A program made the position numbers and the translations under genes. From IMG/VR virus record IMGVR_UViG_3300044966_000489: DNA of 64,000 nucleotides; one strand, given 5' to 3'. The stretch comes from a virus. The notes under the pieces were generated by a model, which was not told the origin of the DNA, ran no database searches, and saw only the letters and a program-made list of their open reading frames with translations. Below are positions 35,949-44,623 of this stretch, one piece after another (position 1 is the first letter of the stretch; each line of letters begins with the position of its first letter).

Positions 35949-37136
35949 TTATGCGTCGAGAGGCAATGTCTCAAGCATGAACAATCCTCTGTCATTTTGT
36001 TGAGGAGAGCCAACTTGAGTAGAGAAGTTTAGCGTGACCTGTTTATTGGCTCCGATTGAAGAAGAGAAGTCTTGTGAATCCAAGTTAAGTCTCTTGAGTA
36101 CATATCCAACGCCTTCATCAGGATTCAAATCACTGTTAGCAACAGCAGGAGCAGCGAGTTTGATAACTGCGTCATAGAGACCATCTACATTTACTAGATC
36201 GACCAAGTTACCAGTAGTAAGATCTTGTACCAAAGCTGTAACAGAAAGAGTTACAGTAACTGGGAAATCAATTTCTCTTGAATAAGCATATCTGCTTCCG
36301 ATCTTTTGCAATGGAGTTCTATTTAGACCCATTGAGATTGAGAAGTTTTGAATAGCGGCAGAAGTAGTTAAATCAGTACCGCCATAAGATTGACCCTGAG
36401 TCTTTGATAAAGAGAATGATATATCTCCATGTCTAAGAGCAGAAATCTTTCCCAAAGCGTTTTCACCATTAGGATTGCCTGTAGCTTGAGGTAGAATAAA
36501 CGCACCTCCAGCAATAGCTCCAGCAGGAGTAACACCGGGAGCAGCACCTGAATTTCCATTGCTGAAATTCATGTTTAAGCACTCCAAGCTGACAGAAGTG
36601 GTTGGGAAGTCTCCTACAGCAGCGTTAATAGAGTAATTAGTTAAGAAACCGTTTCCTAATCCAATTGTGCTTCCTATTGTTTGGTTAGCAACAGTATCAT
36701 TAGCAAAAGAAGAAGCATCATTACCTTCAGAAACTGTTCTGATGAAATAATTTTTAGTATTAATGAATCCGCTGGTTAGAATTCCAGATAAGCAAGATTG
36801 AGTAGCATTTGCGCTAGTGATATCAGAAATAGTAGTAATTCCATTGCTAATTACTGAAAATCCAAGGTTCTTTTCGTTGCCCATGTCTGTTAGCAAATAA
36901 GTGAAATCAACTCCTACGGTGGGTTGCTCTAGAATAATACGATCAATAGCAGCTAGATCGCCGAATTGGTTAACGTCTCTTCTTGCAATATTGAAATTAT
37001 AATTACAAGATTGGACGCGAGAAAACTGGTTAATATATAAATTTCCAGTTTGTGGTGGTGCAGAAGCCGCTACGTCAACAATGTCTTTTGTGTTGAATAG
37101 TGCTTCTGATTGGTAAATTACACGATTTCTTGGCAT
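35949..37136 (-). CDS. Major tail tube protein (probable)
   Basis: 395 aa, beta-rich, with internal duplication. Lies between neck genes and chaperone/TMP genes, has an AAAGGA Shine-Dalgarno and its own terminator, and its codons are visibly richer in C-ending forms, consistent with high expression. Confidence 0.65.
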   Translation of the reverse strand: MPRNRVIYQSEALFNTKDIVDVAASAPPQTGNLYINQFSRVQSCNYNFNIARRDVNQFGDLAAIDRIILEQPTVGVDFTYLLTDMGNEKNLGFSVISNGITTISDITSANATQSCLSGILTSGFINTKNYFIRTVSEGNDASSFANDTVANQTIGSTIGLGNGFLTNYSINAAVGDFPTTSVSLECLNMNFSNGNSGAAPGVTPAGAIAGGAFILPQATGNPNGENALGKISALRHGDISFSLSKTQGQSYGGTDLTTSAAIQNFSISMGLNRTPLQKIGSRYAYSREIDFPVTVTLSVTALVQDLTTGNLVDLVNVDGLYDAVIKLAAPAVANSDLNPDEGVGYVLKRLNLDSQDFSSSIGANKQVTLNFSTQVGSPQQNDRGLFMLETLPLDA

Positions 37137-37196
37137 ATTTTTAATCCTTTAAATTTCTTTTTATTATTACATTTTTTATTCTGTTTTGAGAAATTA

Positions 37197-38858
37197 TTAT
37201 ATGATTTCTTGTCTTTGCATCCAATAATCTCCCTGCATAAATACACCTTTAGTGGAATCTTGAGGAGAACTCATTTGACCTCCAAAGGTTAAAGTAGCTG
37301 TTTTGTTAGCTCCAATTGAGGAACTAAAGTCTAAAGATTCTAACTGCGCTGATTTAATTAAATATCTTACACCAGTTATCTTACCATAACTTGAAACTTC
37401 AGTTCCGGGTTTAATAAAAGAGACTGAAGTATTGAATTTAATATCTTTACTAGAAACTACATCAACTAAATTACCAGTTGCTAGTTCTGATACCAAAACA
37501 TTGACAGAGAAAGAGTAGCTAACTGGAAAAGTAATTTCTTTTGCGAAATTAAAAGTATTTCCAAGTTTACTTAAAGATTCTCTAGATAAAGCCATTGATA
37601 AACTGAAACTTTGAGCGTTTAAAGAAGAAGACCTTGTATCAATTCCTAATCCTCCAGAAGCATAAAATGGAGTTAAATCAAGGATGATGCCTCCGGGTCT
37701 AAATGCAGATATATTTTGTGATAGGTCTGATCTGCTGTTAAAATCTGGAAGAGAATATGTCCCATTTACTCTTGTTCCTTCTTCGTCTATTGAAGGCAAT
37801 GGATAACGTCTACCAGCAGAACTAGATTTAAAATCGTTGTCTCCAGTAACTATAGAAAAATTTCTAGCTTCATTACTAATTGCCACATTTGGGATGTCTC
37901 CTACTGCTGCATTAATAGCGTAATTTGTAATAACAGTATTTCCAAAAGCGATAATGGCTTGATCCAGTGTGCCGGTTGTCGCAACACTTACGTCATTTCC
38001 TTGAGGCACAGTTCTTACAAACAAATTTTTTTCGTCACTTGCTTTTGTAAGTATTCCGCTTAAACAGGTTATATCTACAATACTAGAAGTACCTTCTGGA
38101 TAGTTATTTGCTAAAGTTGGAGAAAAAGTTGATTGATTGCTCGTACCGCCAATCCCGACATTAACTGGAATATTAACAATAGAAACTGTGGTTGCGATTT
38201 GAGAATTATTTATATAAATAACTCCTGATCCTTTATCAGTTATTGAGACTCCTGTTGCTTGACCCGCATATAATCCTCCAGTAGCCACGCCAAAAGAAAG
38301 TACAGGAGGCATATTTCCACCGGCTTGTGGCAATGTTAAAGTAAATGAATTTAAATAACCTTGACCGCCATCAGCAATAGAAGCCGCAGTAATTCCAAAT
38401 TCAGATTGCCCAGAAGCAGTAATTGTTAAATTTACAGCAGCACTTCTCTTCAAAGAAGTCGTAGTGAAACCTAATTCTTCTTCATTCTTAAGACCGTTTT
38501 GATAGTAATTAAAATCAATATTTATTACTGGTTGCTCTATAATGATTTTGTCTATTGCGGCTAAATTTCCAAATTGATTTACATCTCTTCTCGTAATATT
38601 AAAGTTGTAATTAATACTTTGTATACGATCTAAATTAGCTAAATTTGGAAGCAAACCTGCTTGCATAGTAGCAAGACTAGCCGTGGTGGTTCCTGCTCCA
38701 GAGGCTAAAGTTCTTGTAGCAAGAGGATCTAATTGATTTAATTTTTGAGTAGGAACATTTACATTGCTTCCTGTAACAAACTTATAGTGACCAGATATGG
38801 CTGGCGAAGGGCCAACGTATAATGCTTCATTTTGGTAAATTACTCTATTTCTTGGCAT
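37197..38858 (-). CDS. Second tail tube paralog with an inserted GxGY beta domain
   Basis: 553 aa. Same N-terminus MPRNRVIYQ, and shares YNFNIxRRDVNQFGxLAAID, CLSGILT, TNYxINAAVGDxP and DFSSSIGANK with the 395-aa protein. Confidence 0.65.
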   Translation of the reverse strand: MPRNRVIYQNEALYVGPSPAISGHYKFVTGSNVNVPTQKLNQLDPLATRTLASGAGTTTASLATMQAGLLPNLANLDRIQSINYNFNITRRDVNQFGNLAAIDKIIIEQPVINIDFNYYQNGLKNEEELGFTTTSLKRSAAVNLTITASGQSEFGITAASIADGGQGYLNSFTLTLPQAGGNMPPVLSFGVATGGLYAGQATGVSITDKGSGVIYINNSQIATTVSIVNIPVNVGIGGTSNQSTFSPTLANNYPEGTSSIVDITCLSGILTKASDEKNLFVRTVPQGNDVSVATTGTLDQAIIAFGNTVITNYAINAAVGDIPNVAISNEARNFSIVTGDNDFKSSSAGRRYPLPSIDEEGTRVNGTYSLPDFNSRSDLSQNISAFRPGGIILDLTPFYASGGLGIDTRSSSLNAQSFSLSMALSRESLSKLGNTFNFAKEITFPVSYSFSVNVLVSELATGNLVDVVSSKDIKFNTSVSFIKPGTEVSSYGKITGVRYLIKSAQLESLDFSSSIGANKTATLTFGGQMSSPQDSTKGVFMQGDYWMQRQEII

Positions 38859-38862
38859 ATTT

Positions 38863-39711
38863 TTATGTTTGTCTTGGCTCTCTAAATTTAACTAACTCGA
38901 AATCAATTAGTCCATAATAAGAACCGGGATTAATATTGTTCTCTCTATCTCTTACACCTGCGACCTTTGAGACGGAAACTCTATCTATCATGCAGTAGTC
39001 TTTGCCGCTTGTAATGTTATTATAATTAAAAACTACCCCGCTCTTAAAGCTGCCTAAAACATTAAATGGATTGTATGTTGGATCAATTAGAGGAACGTTG
39101 TCGTAATTTCTATCTCTAAATAATGAACAAACTGCATCTAATGTATATTGTGAATCAACAATAACAATGGCCCTAAAGTCTACTCTCGTTTCGTCTGTTC
39201 CGCCGAAAGCCCAAGGATCATTTGTGCTTCCATTATTTTTGATGAAAATTACAGGGTAAGTTATCGCATTTTCTTTTAAAGAATCCTTTAAAGACCCAGC
39301 AGGGGTTTTATTTCTTCTAACGTATTGAGTTTCAAATAATAACACTTCTTCTGGTTGAGATGTCATCAACACGTTAAACTCTTTAACCGAATAAGTTCCA
39401 GAAACATTAAGAGATCCAGAACTTAAATAAATCTGACCTTCTGAATAGTTTATACCACTTAGAGGGCTTTGACCTAAATTGTAATTTGCGCCATTTATGC
39501 TAACTCCCGTCATTACTGTTGCTCCAGCAATTGAAGAGTCATATACTAATCCTTTATAAGGACCATTATAAGCATAAAAACCATTCACATAAGAAGAATT
39601 AGCAGGAAATGTAGTATTTACGTTATAGTAAGCCTCACCCTTGGATAGCAGAGTGTGATCAAACCACATTAAAAACGATGAAGATATTTGATTGTCAAAT
39701 TGCGGTTTCAT
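38863..39711 (-). CDS. Putative tail terminator/tail completion protein
   Basis: 282 aa, directly upstream of the tube genes. YPVIFI...GG...C-terminal IDFEL pattern compatible with the gpU-like fold. Mainly assigned by synteny. Confidence 0.4.
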   Translation of the reverse strand: MKPQFDNQISSSFLMWFDHTLLSKGEAYYNVNTTFPANSSYVNGFYAYNGPYKGLVYDSSIAGATVMTGVSINGANYNLGQSPLSGINYSEGQIYLSSGSLNVSGTYSVKEFNVLMTSQPEEVLLFETQYVRRNKTPAGSLKDSLKENAITYPVIFIKNNGSTNDPWAFGGTDETRVDFRAIVIVDSQYTLDAVCSLFRDRNYDNVPLIDPTYNPFNVLGSFKSGVVFNYNNITSGKDYCMIDRVSVSKVAGVRDRENNINPGSYYGLIDFELVKFREPRQT

Positions 39712-40322
39712 TGTTTGAGTTTATCCTTTAGATTTTTTAGTATTGTACTCAAGTATTTCACAGTAGAAAAAGAGCCTGATCTAACTTTGTCATCTGCCTG
39801 AATACCGCCGCCAGATCGGCTAGGCTCAGGAGATTTAAATTTTCCAGACAAGTAATATCCCAATCCAGAAATGCCTCTTTCAATTCCTCTAACCCAGCTT
39901 CTTCCAGCTTCCCAAGGTAATGGAGTTTTTTGTTCTATTGACTTTAATGTAGGAACTGAAACAGGGAATTCGAATTGAACACCTGTTTCTGTAGTTCTTG
40001 TTTTTGGAGTTCTATTTAGTAGAATTTCTTCTTCTAAAGCTTGCCTTACCTGCTGCGTAGGCTGAGAGTCTTGATCAAATCCAATAAATGAAAATAAATT
40101 AGAGTCAGGTTTTGTTCCGGGTAAAGTTTTTGAGATGTTTTTTCCTTCGGCTCCCATTTCTAATTCGACAGTAACTGGGTGCTGATCAAATTCTTTTATT
40201 GTTTGATTTTTAAGTCTTTGAAATTCTTTTTCGGCTCTTTGGTAGGCTAAATTCTGAATGTCTTTACTGAAAAGAAGTTTTTTGACTTCTCTATTTAAAA
40301 TTGTCTTATTTATTGTAGCCAT
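39708..40322 (-). CDS. Putative neck/tail completion protein
   Basis: 204 aa, basic, in the third neck-gene position. Assigned by synteny only. Confidence 0.35.
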   Translation of the reverse strand: MATINKTILNREVKKLLFSKDIQNLAYQRAEKEFQRLKNQTIKEFDQHPVTVELEMGAEGKNISKTLPGTKPDSNLFSFIGFDQDSQPTQQVRQALEEEILLNRTPKTRTTETGVQFEFPVSVPTLKSIEQKTPLPWEAGRSWVRGIERGISGLGYYLSGKFKSPEPSRSGGGIQADDKVRSGSFSTVKYLSTILKNLKDKLKQ

Positions 40323-40762
40323 TACATTATTTCCTTCATCATGTACTCGTAATAAGGTTCATCAATATATCTTTTAACTACAAAACCATATTGCACATTC
40401 CAAGATTTATTGTCGAAAGTTATTCTTTCTGTTTTACCATTTTCAATGTAATCTTTGGCTTCTAAGCGGACTCTTATTCTTGCAGTAGTATTAGGATTTT
40501 TAATCTCAGAATTTAAAGACACAATGTCTTCATCTGGACTACCATAAAATATTCTAGCTTTATAAACACCAGAGACTGGCGTATAAGTTACGCTATCAGG
40601 CAGTTGATCTGTTGGATAACCAAATACTGGAGTTTCGTTAACAGAAGTTATATTTTTAATAGGCTCTTTGTAGACGACAATATCCCTAGATAATGTATCA
40701 AAAAGATCATTATAACTTGATCCAAAACTAAGTCTTTGTGCGTCTGTTATTAAAGATGCCAT
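40322..40762 (-). CDS. Putative head-closure (stopper) protein
   Basis: 146 aa, beta-rich (RIRV...RITFDNKSWNV...YYEY), in the second neck-gene position. Confidence 0.4.
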   Translation of the reverse strand: MASLITDAQRLSFGSSYNDLFDTLSRDIVVYKEPIKNITSVNETPVFGYPTDQLPDSVTYTPVSGVYKARIFYGSPDEDIVSLNSEIKNPNTTARIRVRLEAKDYIENGKTERITFDNKSWNVQYGFVVKRYIDEPYYEYMMKEIM

Positions 40763-40764
40763 AA

Positions 40765-41259
40765 TTAAACTCTATTAAATGGTCTGATTGAATAATACTT
40801 ATCAGTAATATAAGAACCAGCTACAGTATCGTCGCCAGCAACTTGTAGAGGACCAACGTCGTTAATATTGTAATCATTAACCATCGCAGTTAATTCATTA
40901 AGTGAATTTTTCTTTGCTTCTAAGTATATTTTACTGGTTTCGTTTCGGTTGATTCTGCGAACAGTTCCACCGCCATCTGTAACTTCCAACAAGCTATCTC
41001 CATTTATTGCATTTAAAGTTTGCTTGACTTTTAGATCGTAAAAATAACATTCATAGATCTTTTTATAAATAGACTTTTCTGTTTCTCCCAAATTGGGCAC
41101 AAGCTCCAAAGAAGCGTCGTCTATAATAATGTCTTTGTTCAGTTTATTATTAAGAATACCTATATTGCTCCTAAGCCAATAACTAATAGCTGGTACTGAT
41201 AGATCACTTGGTTGACCTAATTCGAAATAGAGTTCTTGAGCCATGTCTACGATTTTCAT
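40765..41259 (-). CDS. Putative head-tail adaptor protein
   Basis: 164 aa, helical with a central beta-hairpin (LEVTDGGGTVRR), in the first neck-gene position. Confidence 0.4.
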   Translation of the reverse strand: MKIVDMAQELYFELGQPSDLSVPAISYWLRSNIGILNNKLNKDIIIDDASLELVPNLGETEKSIYKKIYECYFYDLKVKQTLNAINGDSLLEVTDGGGTVRRINRNETSKIYLEAKKNSLNELTAMVNDYNINDVGPLQVAGDDTVAGSYITDKYYSIRPFNRV

Positions 41260-41260
41260 A

Positions 41261-41641
41261 TTAGTATGTTATTTCTGGATTAATTACAAAATAGCCACCT
41301 TCAACAGTACGAGCATAATTTTCTCCCGAGAAAACTTGAACATCGTATAATAAGTAACTAGATGGTAAAGCCGCCATTCCTGTTCTACCTATGCTGATAT
41401 CGATATATCCGCTGACAAAACTTTCTCCTGCGGCTCCTGATATGATTTTTGGATTTAAGTCTAATAAAATACCAGAGCTTGGTACATACACATTGTCGTT
41501 TGTATATCCTGCCCCATAACTTGCTCTTACATAGCCAGAAGCCGTGAAGCCTGATAAGTTTATGACAACTCCATCAGAGTCACGGGCAACAAGTCTCTTA
41601 TAAAAAGAGTTTCCTTGTGTACCTGTTAAATTCATACACAT
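41261..41641 (-). CDS. Small beta-sandwich virion protein (common phage QG.F...LSGxTA...YDV...P.IT family)
   Basis: 126 aa: QGNSF...INLSGFTASGYVR...YDVQV...VEGGYFVINPEITY. The true start may be the second Met at 41635. Confidence 0.5.
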   Translation of the reverse strand: MCMNLTGTQGNSFYKRLVARDSDGVVINLSGFTASGYVRASYGAGYTNDNVYVPSSGILLDLNPKIISGAAGESFVSGYIDISIGRTGMAALPSSYLLYDVQVFSGENYARTVEGGYFVINPEITY

Positions 41642-41643
41642 TA

Positions 41644-41649
41644 TTACAC
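41644..41649 (-). promoter_or_regulatory. GTGTAA motif (candidate late promoter) directly after a terminator U tract
   Basis: Minus strand TTTTTTT-GTGTAATAATGTGTATG. Confidence 0.45.
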
Positions 41650-41672
41650 AAAAAAAGCCCCTTTCGGGGCTT
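41650..41672 (-). terminator. Rho-independent terminator after the Ig-domain gene
   Basis: Minus strand AAGCCCC-GAAA-GGGGCTT followed by a further T run (7 T in total); GNRA loop. Confidence 0.85.
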
Positions 41673-41692
41673 GAGAAGAGATATTTTAAAAA

Positions 41693-42520
41693 TTAAGGCA
41701 TAATTCCCGTTGGAACTGGCTCAGGAGGAGTTGGAGGAGTTGGTTCAATAATAGAGAGACTTGCTTCAGATGTTTCTATTGATCCAGCTATATTAGTAGC
41801 TTTTGCTTTATAGAATCCTACATTATCTTGTGTGACTCCACTTATGACATACTGAGAGGAATTAGAATCTGGAATAGATTGATCGTCTTTAAACCACTCA
41901 ATAGTAATTGGTTGATCTCCATCAAATACAGCAGAGAAATATGCGTTTGCTCCAGAAGGCATAGATAAGTCACTTGGATTCGATAAGATAAATGGAGCTA
42001 CAAAAGTATTCAATGAAGCTAAATTACTATTTGTACTTCCTACAGGGTTTTGAGCTTTTACATAATAGGTTCCTATATTAGTTTCGGAGACTGAATTTAT
42101 AGTAAGAACTTCTAAATTTGCTCCTGAAATAAGTTCTTGATTCTTATACCATTGATAAGAAATAGGAGCATCTCCAGAAGCTACTACAGTAAATACAGCG
42201 GGAGAACCACTAAGAACTTTTAAATTTTCAGGCTGAGTAGTAAAGTATGGAGCGACTGCTTCAGTATATCCTAAGTTTTGTAATACTACATTTTTTACAT
42301 AATTATAATCTGCTGCGGCTGTTTGCTCAGGGGGCCAATCTTGCCAGTCATCTCCCGCAAGATTAGTAAAAGTTTTATCTAAAACTAATCCTTCAGGATT
42401 TTTCATTACGACTGAAAATCTAATTCCATCATGAGGGTCAAATGCGTTAAAATCAACGCAAAGTTGCGTCACATTTGCGCCAGATGGTTTTGGGTAAACG
42501 GGGATAAATATTGTATTCAT
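41693..42520 (-). CDS. Ig-like (I-set) domain protein, putative virion decoration/adhesion protein
   Basis: Two tandem Ig domains (APYFTTQP...ISYQWYKN...GTYYVKAQN and APFILSNP...IEWFKD...GFYKAKATN) and a Pro-rich C-terminus. Confidence 0.75.
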   Translation of the reverse strand: MNTIFIPVYPKPSGANVTQLCVDFNAFDPHDGIRFSVVMKNPEGLVLDKTFTNLAGDDWQDWPPEQTAAADYNYVKNVVLQNLGYTEAVAPYFTTQPENLKVLSGSPAVFTVVASGDAPISYQWYKNQELISGANLEVLTINSVSETNIGTYYVKAQNPVGSTNSNLASLNTFVAPFILSNPSDLSMPSGANAYFSAVFDGDQPITIEWFKDDQSIPDSNSSQYVISGVTQDNVGFYKAKATNIAGSIETSEASLSIIEPTPPTPPEPVPTGIMP

Positions 42521-42560
42521 TTTCTTATTTTAATCTAAAATTAAGTTATTCTAATATTTT

Positions 42561-42566
42561 TTACAC
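42561..42566 (-). promoter_or_regulatory. GTGTAA motif (candidate late promoter) upstream of the Ig gene
   Basis: Minus strand TAA-A-GTGTAAAAAATATTAG, just after the upstream stop codon. Confidence 0.4.
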
Positions 42567-42567
42567 T

Positions 42568-44622
42568 TTATAATCCAAATCTTCCTTTTGTAGCATTGTA
42601 ATTTTGCAAGACCTGAGCAGCAGATAAAGAAATATTATAAACTCTTGCCTCTCCAACATAACCATATAAAGAAGCAACGTCACTATGCGCTTGCGCGACA
42701 TAAACAGAGCTATTTCCAGTAAAGGTTGTATTTAAATCATTTATTGTATATACGATAGAACCATTCACATAAAGAGTTAAAGAACTACCAGATTTTGTTG
42801 CTATAACATGAGTCCATTTTGAAACTGGATTGTATTCATTAGCTTGATAAACACCTGTAATAGTTGATCCACCTGCTTTATACTGAACATATAATCCTGT
42901 ATATAAACCAGATCTCCATTTTGCAATATATACAAAGTTACTTGAATTTGTGCCTAAGCTTATTATTCCTCTATAAGTATTATCTGATGCAGTTGCCGCA
43001 TCTAAATAAACCCAACACTCCATGCTAAATGAAGCTGATCCTAAATTCAACGCAGAAACTGTTGAAGTATTATAATAACTATTATTATTAGGAAAACTTA
43101 ATAAACCACCGTATAAATTAATATAAGAAGATGTTCCACTTGCAGATGCATTTATTGCATTTCCGCTAACATCATACCATGTTGTACCTGCTCCAGCATA
43201 ACTATATGGATTGCCAGCATCAAGATTTAATACAAGACCATTTTGTACAATTGTATTTGCAAATTTTGACTTTTGAGCTTCATAATTTTGTAATACTTCT
43301 GCGGCACTTAATGCTTTATTATATACTTGCATAGCATATATGTTTCCAGTTAAGTATCTACCGCCAGTAAATCCTTGGACTTGTCCAATCAAAAATCCAT
43401 CAGTCATTCCAGTATAACTCAGACTTCCATTGACAGAAGTCGAAGATGCCATTAATACGCCATCAACATAAATTCGTTGATTTGTTCCATCGTATGTGCC
43501 AACTACATAGTAAATTTGGTCATTATTAGGAGATATGCCTGAATTTAACTGAAGAGATGTTGATCCATTACCTACAAAAAATCGTATAGGTCCGCCAACT
43601 ACTCCTAACCAATAACCCTGTACACCAGTATCTCCATATCCGGCTATAAATTGAACCGATTGTCCATTATTTATAGTCTTAAAAAAAACTCCTAAACTTA
43701 TACTATTACCCCGAAGAATTGCGTTAGCTCCTACACTCACATAATCATTGGAACCATCAAATTTCAAAGTTCCTTTGTTATAATAATCATAAAGCGGCAT
43801 ATTTGCCACAGTTCCATTGCCAAATAATCCATTGTCATCATTTCCCGCTAAATCAACTATACTTCTATCAGTATTAGATATACCCCATTTTTGTCCAAGA
43901 TATGTGTGGACTTGTTTTAATTCTGTAGCTGTTAATTCTCTATTAAAAATAATTACTTCAGCAATCTTTCCATTTAAATAAGTTGATTGTTGACCTAATC
44001 TAATTACACCTGAAGCATCAGAATTTGCAATGACACCTGTTGTTGTTGCAGAAGTTCCATTTAAATATACTTGCCTTGTAGTGCTAGAAGTGCCTTTAAA
44101 AACTTTTGTAAAAATATAAGTCGTAGATGTAGTAATTGAACTAGTCGCATATTTACCACCATCACCATAATATGCATAATAAGTACTTCCATTATGTAAA
44201 GTAAGTCCATTATTTAATGAATTATTTATAGAAACTAATCCAGCATCCTCGGTGCCTGTTGTTTGACTAGCTATAGCGAATATTGTATGAGTAACACTTA
44301 AATCTAATGAATTAGAAGTACTTAAAGAATCATTTGTTCCATCAAAAGTTACTGTTTTTCTAGAATTTGTACTAGAATTTCTAGTTGGTTGATTGGCAGC
44401 GGTGGATTGATTTGCATGATTATTTAATCCACTTTTATCACGCCATTGACTTACTAAAGTTCCTGAACTATAGCTAAAAGAACTATCGTCAGATGAATCT
44501 AACCACAAAATCAAACCATCTTTTACTGATAAATTTGCGCTTGGATATGATTTATTTTGTGATGGGTCTAAGCATAAAACTAGACCATCTAATATAATTT
44601 TTGGAGAGTATGTTAATGACAT
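42568..44622 (-). CDS. LamG/concanavalin-A-like multi-domain virion protein
   Basis: 684 aa. Repeats GLVLxLD...SY...WYDVSGN...VYNxxLSAAxVLQNYxAxKxxF, with three lectin-like domains. Confidence 0.75.
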   Translation of the reverse strand: MSLTYSPKIILDGLVLCLDPSQNKSYPSANLSVKDGLILWLDSSDDSSFSYSSGTLVSQWRDKSGLNNHANQSTAANQPTRNSSTNSRKTVTFDGTNDSLSTSNSLDLSVTHTIFAIASQTTGTEDAGLVSINNSLNNGLTLHNGSTYYAYYGDGGKYATSSITTSTTYIFTKVFKGTSSTTRQVYLNGTSATTTGVIANSDASGVIRLGQQSTYLNGKIAEVIIFNRELTATELKQVHTYLGQKWGISNTDRSIVDLAGNDDNGLFGNGTVANMPLYDYYNKGTLKFDGSNDYVSVGANAILRGNSISLGVFFKTINNGQSVQFIAGYGDTGVQGYWLGVVGGPIRFFVGNGSTSLQLNSGISPNNDQIYYVVGTYDGTNQRIYVDGVLMASSTSVNGSLSYTGMTDGFLIGQVQGFTGGRYLTGNIYAMQVYNKALSAAEVLQNYEAQKSKFANTIVQNGLVLNLDAGNPYSYAGAGTTWYDVSGNAINASASGTSSYINLYGGLLSFPNNNSYYNTSTVSALNLGSASFSMECWVYLDAATASDNTYRGIISLGTNSSNFVYIAKWRSGLYTGLYVQYKAGGSTITGVYQANEYNPVSKWTHVIATKSGSSLTLYVNGSIVYTINDLNTTFTGNSSVYVAQAHSDVASLYGYVGEARVYNISLSAAQVLQNYNATKGRFGL

Positions 44623-44623
44623 A

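Noticed and set aside
41693-44622. Host assignment (Ig and lectin-like domains reminiscent of Verrucomicrobia/Planctomycetes surface proteins)
   Set aside because: These domains are widespread and mobile, and nothing in the window ties the phage to a host without a database search.
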